DNA from: Candidatus Saccharimonadota bacterium
GTDB lineage: Bacteria > Patescibacteriota > Microgenomatia > UBA1406 > GWC2-37-13
Reading direction: 5' to 3'
Length of the DNA stretch: 32,000 nt
Assembly: GCA_016700135.1 (NCBI GenBank)
Contig: CP065004.1
Location: forward strand, 810,001 to 842,000
Notes under the pieces: generated by a model
The model's database searches: none
The model's input: the letters and a program-made list of their open reading frames with translations, nothing else
What the model was told of the DNA's origin: nothing
In this document: one piece after another, positions 24,236-30,660 of the stretch
Layout: the number at the start of each line of letters is the position of its first letter
Position numbering within the stretch: the first letter of the stretch is position 1
Made by a program: the position numbers and the translations under genes

Positions 24236-25501
24236 TTAAAAAAAATCCGTTGTATATAGTTCCATATTGAATTTAGCGATTTTATCCACAAGTGATTCAT
24301 ATGCTCCCCTCTTCTCTCCTCCGAGCTCTCTGATACCCGGAGTCACAATACATTTACGCTTTTGGGGAAAATGTTTCAGAAAATCGAGTTTGAGAAGTAA
24401 CCCGTTGAGATTCGATTCCTGAGTGTCTACAATTATTACCGATTTATGTAAACCGCGATGTACGGAAAAAGACCCTTTATCATGCTTAAGCTCCTGTAAC
24501 TCATGAATTACATCGGCCGGTTTTATGCCGAGATCGATACAAAGGGCAAAAACCGGGAGAATATTTTGAAGAGAGTGTTTCCCTAATAATGCCGTTGTAA
24601 TATTCCAAGAGTGTTTTTTGTAATGTATTCGGGCTTTTGTATATGTCTGACTGAAGGTGTATTGTGACGGATGAATATCAGCGTGTTCTGAAAAATCATA
24701 CGTTACAATTCGGGCATTGGTTTTCGGACTGGGGATTTCAGCATTCATATAGACCGTCGCATTGTCTGAAAGTTTTGACAACGGAGACGTAAACTCCTCA
24801 TACATGTTCTCTTTGCTGCCGAAAAGATCAAAACGATGATTACCGATTCCAGTAAGTATTACATAGTCAAACGGAATATAATAAGTAGCATTTTTTATTT
24901 CACCTTTTTTGTATGTTCCGATTTCGACTATGAAGATTTCCGTATCGTCAGAAAGATTTCGAAGTATTGCGCGTGCGATACCTATATCATTTGTGTAGCG
25001 GGGATCAGTCATCGCGACTGCATATCGTTTCGAAAAAATTCGGTAGAGGTAATTTGCGATTGCGGTTTTTCCGTAACTTCCGGCAATCCCGATAAACACT
25101 GTTTTTGAGTTTTTCATTTTTAGTCTTGCAGTCTGAATGATAACCCATCGGTATATTTGCACCGGAATCTGAGTCAACACGACGGCTGTCAAAACGATAA
25201 TAAACGCCATAAAAGGAGCAAGCCAGAAAAAGTAACTCAGAAGGTTGTAGACATAGACATCTTCAAAAGCAAACAGAAAAAGCACACCTGTAACAAGAAA
25301 ATGGAAAGAAAGAATCATAAAGTTTCGCGGAGTTACGGATGGCAGTGATATTTTATATGTATAGAAGAGAGAAATAAATCCGTTATCTGAAATGCCTGCC
25401 TGGAATCTGTCCAGTCTGTAATCTTTTTCTTCAAATACATGCAGGAAGTGGATACCCTTATAAAGGACCCAAAAAACACAAAGAAGAATAAAGATGAACA
25501 T
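24236..25501 (-). CDS. MurF-like Mur-ligase-family protein with an N-terminal three-helix membrane domain
   Basis: P-loop VFIGIAGSYGKTA, then NDIGIARAILRNL, VEIGTYKKGEI and TGIGNHRFDLFGSKENMYEEF, which parallel MurF (ITGSxGKT, NNxIGVPLTLL, ElGxxxxGEI, NigxaHle.fGs). Residues 1 to about 112 are hydrophobic helices instead of the UDP-MurNAc-binding domain. Confidence 0.7.
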   Translation of the reverse strand: MFIFILLCVFWVLYKGIHFLHVFEEKDYRLDRFQAGISDNGFISLFYTYKISLPSVTPRNFMILSFHFLVTGVLFLFAFEDVYVYNLLSYFFWLAPFMAFIIVLTAVVLTQIPVQIYRWVIIQTARLKMKNSKTVFIGIAGSYGKTAIANYLYRIFSKRYAVAMTDPRYTNDIGIARAILRNLSDDTEIFIVEIGTYKKGEIKNATYYIPFDYVILTGIGNHRFDLFGSKENMYEEFTSPLSKLSDNATVYMNAEIPSPKTNARIVTYDFSEHADIHPSQYTFSQTYTKARIHYKKHSWNITTALLGKHSLQNILPVFALCIDLGIKPADVIHELQELKHDKGSFSVHRGLHKSVIIVDTQESNLNGLLLKLDFLKHFPQKRKCIVTPGIRELGGEKRGAYESLVDKIAKFNMELYTTDFF

Positions 25502-25754
25502 GAGAACCCGTGTCTGTTAATTATTAACTAACTTTATCATACAAGTACAATACTCTCAAAATTATTATACTCGCGGTTAAGGAAAATTAGGTAAGCAAAA
25601 AGGGCTCTATTTCTTTCCAAACGAGAGCGGTTTTATCAGACGGGAAATTATGGGCAGAATCAGGAAATACATGCAGCTTCGAACGGCGAATTTTCTTCTG
25701 AAGTTCATATCCCATTATCGCCGGAGTACTGGTATCGTTTTCACCCCATAAAAA

Positions 25755-26330
25755 TAGATACCCACAGCCCACGCTTCGCTTAGTGCCGTGGTACTTATCA
25801 TAATTCAAGCTTCGCTTGACCTGAATCCTGTTCCGTTTGATACTTGACGTATCGGCGGATTATCTCTTCATCGATTCCTACTGTTGAAACAAAATATCCA
25901 ACCGTCCAGAGTGCTGGTGTTGCGTAGTATATCTTGTCCAGCCACGGTACTTCCTTTCTGATTCTTCGTGTGCTTTAGCTTTTTATTATCTCTACCACTT
26001 TGGATACGGAGTACCGTGGCGGAATGATAATCATCATGTGTACGTGCTCCGGTTGGATATTAAGTTCTTGCAACTCAACACCTTCAATCGCTTGTGCAAT
26101 CTCTCTGATGTGATAATCCGCCACTTGTCGAAACTTCACAGGATTCAGAGCCCTCCTGCGATACTTGGTGACGATCACGATGTGATACTGTGTTCGATAG
26201 ACACTGTGACCACTTAGTCTCATTTGCATACATCCTATTGTATCGCACGTCGGGCTCGGGCATTCACCCCCGTCCCGATTTCGAAAGCTATCGCAATCTC
26301 ACGTGACGGGGAACTCTGCTGACGCATTAG
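25755..26330 (-). mobile_element. Compact IS200/IS605-family (IS200-like, tnpA-only) insertion sequence
   Basis: It sits exactly at the break in the hydrolase reading frame. The trinucleotide CTA is present at both junctions (25755-25757 and 26328-26330), so the ends are ambiguous by 3 nt. It carries a Y1-transposase gene and GC-rich subterminal hairpins, for example ccccgtc/gacgggg within 26260-26310. Confidence 0.7.
25798..26229 (-). pseudogene. tnpA: IS200-type Y1 (HUH) transposase TnpA with one in-frame TAA
   Basis: The track ORF 25975-26229 gives MQMRLSGHSVYRTQYHIVIVTKYRRRAL...EHVHMMIIIPP (HUH motif). After TAA at 25975-25977 the same frame continues STRRIRKEVPWLDKIYYATPALWTVGYFVSTVGIDEEIIRRYVKYQ (catalytic Tyr region) to TGA at 25798-25800. 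That is 143 codons in total. Confidence 0.75.
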
Positions 26331-26915
26331 AGTTTTATTTTTTACATTACGAATATCTCTCGTGAGATCCTGCGCAATAATTTTCCGAAAATTTTTTTCA
26401 AGGTGAGGGTACTTAAGAAGATCGGAGTCTTTGTGAAACAGCGAGTAATAGAGGGATCGTAAAGGTTTATAAAACAGTCTCATCAATGCCTGCTCCCGCG
26501 GGATCTGCTTCATCATCTGTACCGGTTTGGAAATCCTGTTCTGTCGCCGGAATGAACTGGCACAAACGACCAGATGATCGATACAATCAGAATAATGGCT
26601 GGAAAGATAGAGTCCGATGTCACTCCCGAATGCATGCCCGATATACTGCGTTCTTGTCATCTTCAACTTTTCAATAAGCTCTTTCATCATAACTGCATAT
26701 CCTTCAACCCCCCAGTGCTCTGCGGGATTATCGCTTTTCCCGAAACCGGGTAAATCGATAAGATATGCACAATACTTTTTCGATGCCAGAAGCGCTAAAG
26801 CGTGGAGCTGATACATATTTTCTCCCCATCCGTGTACGAAAAGCACCGGAGATCCTTTCCCCATACGCTTGTAGTGTATTTTTCTGTTCAGAACGCGTAT
26901 ATACATGCAGTCTCC

Positions 26916-27587
26916 TTATGATGTTGTAGATTTCTCAATAGCATCAAGAAGTATATTCTTCAGTTCTTCAACCGATTGCGGTGAGCGGATTTTAGTACCG
27001 TTCAGGTAGAATGTCGGTGTCCCCTGGACATCAACTTCAATCCCTGACAAATAATCGTTCTGAACTTTTTCCTTTACAGCGTCCGATGAAAAATCCTTTT
27101 TGAATTGTTCCGTATCCAGTTTCAATTCTTCAGCATATTTGATGAACAGTTCTGACGGGTCACCCAGTTCGGCCCATTCGGTTTGTCTGCTGAACAATAT
27201 ATCGTGATATGGATAAAATGCATTCTGTTTTGCAGCCGCTTCTGCCGCCCAGGCAGCTTCACGTGCATTCGGATGTATTTGATCCAGAGGGAAATTACGG
27301 TAGACAAACGTCACTTTATCAAAAATCTCCTTGTTTTCAGGCGATGTTTCGTCCAGACTCTCAATCATATCAAAGTACGAAGCACATGCCGGGCACTGGA
27401 AATCACTGTATTCTGTGAAGATGATTTTGTTATCTGCAGACCATTTGGCGTGATCAGTTGATGCCACTTTTGTAAGGCTTTCAAAAAACGTCTCTTTCGG
27501 TTGGCTGGTCATAGCGTATGCCGCAAAAAGAAAGATGAACAGACCGAGGACAGATCCGATGATAAGAAGATTTTTTTTCGTTTCCAT
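26916..27587 (-). CDS. Membrane-anchored DsbA/BdbD-like thiol:disulfide oxidoreductase
   Basis: An N-terminal TM helix, then the thioredoxin-fold active site FQCPACASYF (CPAC), followed by VYRNFPLDQIHPNAREAAWAAEAA, typical of BdbD-type DsbA proteins. Confidence 0.85.
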   Translation of the reverse strand: METKKNLLIIGSVLGLFIFLFAAYAMTSQPKETFFESLTKVASTDHAKWSADNKIIFTEYSDFQCPACASYFDMIESLDETSPENKEIFDKVTFVYRNFPLDQIHPNAREAAWAAEAAAKQNAFYPYHDILFSRQTEWAELGDPSELFIKYAEELKLDTEQFKKDFSSDAVKEKVQNDYLSGIEVDVQGTPTFYLNGTKIRSPQSVEELKNILLDAIEKSTTS

Positions 27588-27595
27588 AAGTGTTC

Positions 27596-27625
27596 ATTAT
27601 ACCTGCCTTATTTATGTTTTGCCAA
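27596..27625 (-). promoter_or_regulatory. Promoter of the dsbA-like gene (leaderless layout)
   Basis: Minus strand: TTGGCA (27625-27620), an 18-nt spacer, TATAAT (27601-27596), 8 nt, then ATG (27587). Confidence 0.6.
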
Positions 27626-27632
27626 CTACTTT

Positions 27633-29015
27633 TTATGAAAGCTGAAACGGAATTTCCTTTTGCTGAGTGATAATTTTGATGTTGAATTGATTTTTTGCAG
27701 AAAATAAGTACCGGACCAGAATCTTGTAAATATCGTAATCAAAATAGCGTTCTTCATCTTCTGTGACAAGACACCATTTGTCAATAATAAAGTCATCTGT
27801 CAGATGTTCAACGCTGTCTTCTTCGTGGATACGGATCGGACCGGGGAACGGCCATTCTTTGATCGTCCGATCGCCGAAAGCTTCAATAAATCTGATATTG
27901 TAAGCGATCGGTTTTTCTTTATTGAGACAGGCGCCCTTACATCTTTCCAGTTTGTGCCCGAAACAGGCACCCTTTGTTTTTTCAAGACCGAGGAGCTTCC
28001 CGCACAGTTTATGTTCCAGTGCTTTTGCTTCTACAAACTCTTTTGCCTGTTTTTTACTTCGAAAAATTCCTAGAATTTGCGGAAGTATGTCTGTCGTGAT
28101 ACGGGTGGTTCTTCCGAATGAAACCGTTTGGTATCTTTCTTTCGTCTCTTCTTTGGTGAGGATGGTAAATACATTCTGCCGTCTCAGCTGCTGATTGTAT
28201 ACGGGATTCATTTTCTTAATAAGCTCTGCTTCTTTCAGTAACGCTCCGAGTTCACCGGCTGTTGGGATCGTTTCAATGTGCTTAATTTGCTGTGAAATAT
28301 TCATTTCCTTGGACGAACTGTGGTCTGACGAAAAATGTGAAAGCACCCGTTTTCTGACGTTCTTGCTTTTTCCGATATATAACGGGAGCTCTTCTTCTCC
28401 GTAAAAGATATAAACACCCGGGCCGTCATGCAGATTGTCCACTTCCCTGATCGGAAGTTTGGTAGGAAGCGACGGCTTTTGGATGAGAAACTTCAGAGTT
28501 TCCTGAAGTTTGTTTGCCGGATACAGCATTTCGACCGCCTGATAAAACTTCCACAGCACCTCAGCATCATCAAAAGCACGGTGTCGGTGTTGGATTGAAA
28601 AACCGAACCTTTGGACGATCGCATCCAGATTGTGATGCCGATGTTCCGGAAAGAGAGTTCGTGAAAGTTTGACGGTACAAAGCTGCTTCAGTGACAGGTC
28701 CAGATCATATCGCCTGAATTCATTTTTCAAAAAACCGTGGTCAAAACGGACATTATGTGCAACAAAAATGGAACCCTGCAGCAGTTCATACACATCATCT
28801 TTTATCAGGTCAAAAGTCGGCGCATCCTCCAATTCGTCCGGATAAATTCCAGTCATTTGAGATATGAAAGGAGAAACATGTGTCTGCGGGTTGATAAGTT
28901 GATTGTAAGTCCTGACAAGCCTTCCGTCTTCAACGCGAAGGATCCCGATCTCAATCACTCGGTCATGTCTCATGCGGGTGCCGGTTGTCTCGATATCAAC
29001 AAAAGAAAAAGTCAT
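27633..29015 (-). CDS. DnaQ-like DEDDh 3'-5' exonuclease fused to a GIY-YIG nuclease domain (Cho/UvrC-N-like)
   Basis: FVDIETTG (Exo I), VAHNVRFDHGFL (Exo II) and HRAFDDAE (Exo III, DEDDh), then GVYIFYGEEELPLYIGKSKNVRKRVLSHF (GIY-YIG). Confidence 0.85.
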   Translation of the reverse strand: MTFSFVDIETTGTRMRHDRVIEIGILRVEDGRLVRTYNQLINPQTHVSPFISQMTGIYPDELEDAPTFDLIKDDVYELLQGSIFVAHNVRFDHGFLKNEFRRYDLDLSLKQLCTVKLSRTLFPEHRHHNLDAIVQRFGFSIQHRHRAFDDAEVLWKFYQAVEMLYPANKLQETLKFLIQKPSLPTKLPIREVDNLHDGPGVYIFYGEEELPLYIGKSKNVRKRVLSHFSSDHSSSKEMNISQQIKHIETIPTAGELGALLKEAELIKKMNPVYNQQLRRQNVFTILTKEETKERYQTVSFGRTTRITTDILPQILGIFRSKKQAKEFVEAKALEHKLCGKLLGLEKTKGACFGHKLERCKGACLNKEKPIAYNIRFIEAFGDRTIKEWPFPGPIRIHEEDSVEHLTDDFIIDKWCLVTEDEERYFDYDIYKILVRYLFSAKNQFNIKIITQQKEIPFQLS

Positions 29016-29117
29016 ATATAGTGCCGTTAACGGACAGTTGTAGAGTTAAAAAATATCGAAAGGATGAGTTTAATGAAGACGGTGCGTTCTCAGAATCGGT
29101 CTTTCAAACCTTTTAAC

Positions 29118-30280
29118 TGTACAACATTCAGATAGACTCATTCTAGCAGATACGGGGTTGGAAAAAATGTTGTATGAGTTCCATACATATGGCACTCTTT
29201 AGGTAAAATAGATAATAGGTAATCCATAGGTGAAATATTGTTCAGGCTTTTGTGAACTCGCTTTGTATTGTACCAGACGAGGTATTCAATAGGTGACGAT
29301 TGAATGATCCGATACCGGTCCTTGGTATAGATGTAGGGGTTCATAAATTCTTCCTGGAGTGTTCTGTTTGCTCGCTCAATAAAGGCATTGATCTTGGGAC
29401 ATCTGGGGTAGATAAAGAGGTGTGGATATTGTTTTCTTCCAGATAGTCATGGAAGTTTCAGATACTCGAGGCCGTTATCTGTTTGTATGGTTTTTATACC
29501 ATCTTGTATTGGGTATACTAGTTCCAGTCTTCTCATAAAATCAGCACCGTTTCGGCTGTTGAGTTTTGAGTATCCGTAGGAGAACGGAATTTGAGTTTGA
29601 TGTCCACTGCATTGAAGACATACAGCTTGATTCCGTGTACAAACTTCGTGATGGTATCAATCTCAATGTATCCGTATCTTCCACCAGGAGACCGCTTGAC
29701 CTTCTGTCGGTACTTTACTTTCCGTTTTGCAAAGCCACTTGCTGGATTGTGATAGATCCGGTAGGTCTTGCGCTGCAGGTTGTGTCTTTGATCACTTTTC
29801 CAATGGTTGACTCAGATATAGTTGAAATTCCTTCCTGTAGGCAATACTCATCAAGTAAGGGCTTGATCTTCTCCTTTCCCAAACAAAAGTATTGTTCTCG
29901 AATCTCTTTGATAAAGGATATGACCTTCGGTGAGTCTCCATACGTCGGGTGTCTTTGGCTTGGTTGTCTCTGGTATCAGGCTATCCAACTGCCCTTCTGA
30001 ATCTCGCCGTCTCTTCCTCCATCGAAACAATGTCCTTCGTGATATCCCATATGCATCAACTGCAGCTTGTATCCCGTACTTCTCTGCAAATGTCAGAACA
30101 TCGTTTCGATTGTGCTACATCTGACTGATTGTAGTCTGATAGAGATCGTATCTTTTCATAAGATCTCTATTGTACTGCCAGTCATAACTCCTAATTACTC
30201 AAGCTGATCTCTCCCATTTACTCATAGATGTTAGTTCCCTATGAGTGCCATATCTTTCGTAACTTATTCAGATGTTGACA
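29118..30280 (-). mobile_element. Degenerate DDE (rve-type, IS481/IS3-like) insertion sequence
   Basis: Contains the frameshifted transposase listed below. The candidate imperfect terminal repeats are tgtacaacattcagatag (29118-29135) and the reverse complement of cttattcagatgttgaca (30263-30280), which reads tgtcaacatctgaataag. The repeat match is weak beyond TGT-CAACAT. Confidence 0.45.
29138..30159 (-). pseudogene. DDE transposase/integrase (HTH + rve core) with an in-frame TAG and several frameshifts
   Basis: My translations of the minus strand in three frames give these fragments. MKRYDLYQTTISQM-stop-HNRNDVLTFAEKYGIQAAVDAYGISRRTLFRWRKR. ISFIKEIREQYFCLGKEKIKPLLDEYCLQEGISTISESTIGKVIKD. GRYGYIEIDTITKFVHGIKLYVFNAVD. 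YGYSKLNSRNGADFMRRLELVYPIQDGIKTIQTDNGLEY. PRCPKINAFIERANRTLQEEF...VWYNTKRVHKSLNNISPMDYL. The D, D, E residues are all visible, but the frame is broken at least 4 times. Confidence 0.8.
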
Positions 30281-30319
30281 AATTTCAGAGCAGCAGTTAT
30301 TATGTTTTAACCTATTAGG
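30275..30319 (+). promoter_or_regulatory. Strong promoter plus a short palindrome upstream of the csoR-like gene
   Basis: TTGACA 30275-30280, a 17-nt spacer, then TATTAT 30298-30303. The palindrome CCTATTAGG at 30311-30319 lies at about the predicted transcription start. The -35 box lies inside the putative IS terminal repeat. Confidence 0.5.
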
Positions 30320-30342
30320 ATTAATAAAAATAACATTTGAAT

Positions 30343-30605
30343 ATGGTTAAAATAAAAATAATAAACACAGGGTGCTTCATCGTTTGAAGATTGTCCGGGA
30401 CATCTGGAAAAATTATTGAAATGGTTGAGAAAGATACCTACTGCATTGAGATTCTTCACCAATCACTGGCGGTACAGAAGGCTTTGAAATCTCTTGATTC
30501 AACGATCATGGAAGAACATTTAGGGACGTGCGCTATTGATCAGGTGAAAAAGGTCAGAAGGATCAATTCGTGAAAGAACTTGTAGAAATTTATAAATATA
30601 AATGA
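30343..30605 (+). pseudogene. csoR: CsoR/RcnR-family metal-sensing repressor, frameshifted
   Basis: The track ORF 30391-30573 gives IIEMVEKDTYCIEILHQSLAVQKALKSLDSTIMEEHLGTCA (the family C...H...C core). The N-terminal KHRVLHRLKIVRGHLEK and the C-terminal GEKGQKDQFVKELVEIYKYK lie in other frames. At least 2-3 single-base frame changes are needed, near A5 runs at about 30408 and 30548. Confidence 0.7.
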
Positions 30606-30660
30606 CAGTGCGTTGAAAAGAACACTGTCATCCCGGACATAGATCCGGAATCCAAAGCTT

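Larger units (their letters stand above)
25587..26906 (-). pseudogene. Alpha/beta-hydrolase gene interrupted by an IS200-like insertion
   Basis: The N-terminal part (26906 down to about 26328) has VLFVHGWGEN and the nucleophile-elbow region IGHAFGSDIG. The C-terminal part (from about 25757 to 25587) has LFLWGENDTSTP and the His motif DSAHNF. The frames join cleanly if about 573 bp are removed. AAGGAG lies 5 nt before the ATG. Confidence 0.8.

Noticed and set aside
29566-30000. 144-aa plus-strand ORF in the track. The same applies to other long antisense ORFs such as 791-1126, 1796-2149, 5119-5583, 16362-16712, 23420-23752 and 27804-28194.
   Set aside because: Each lies antisense to, or out of frame within, a gene with clear family motifs. 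Their translations are low-complexity or Arg/Ser/Cys-rich with no motifs. The 29566-30000 ORF is the mirror of the decayed DDE transposase.
25798-30159. In-frame TAA in the IS200 TnpA (25975-25977) and in-frame TAG in the DDE transposase (about 30115) as evidence of stop-codon reassignment or programmed readthrough.
   Set aside because: TAA, TAG and TGA all terminate well-conserved housekeeping genes in this window at the expected family C-termini. The DDE gene also carries multiple frameshifts, so ordinary pseudogenisation or sequencing error is the simpler explanation.
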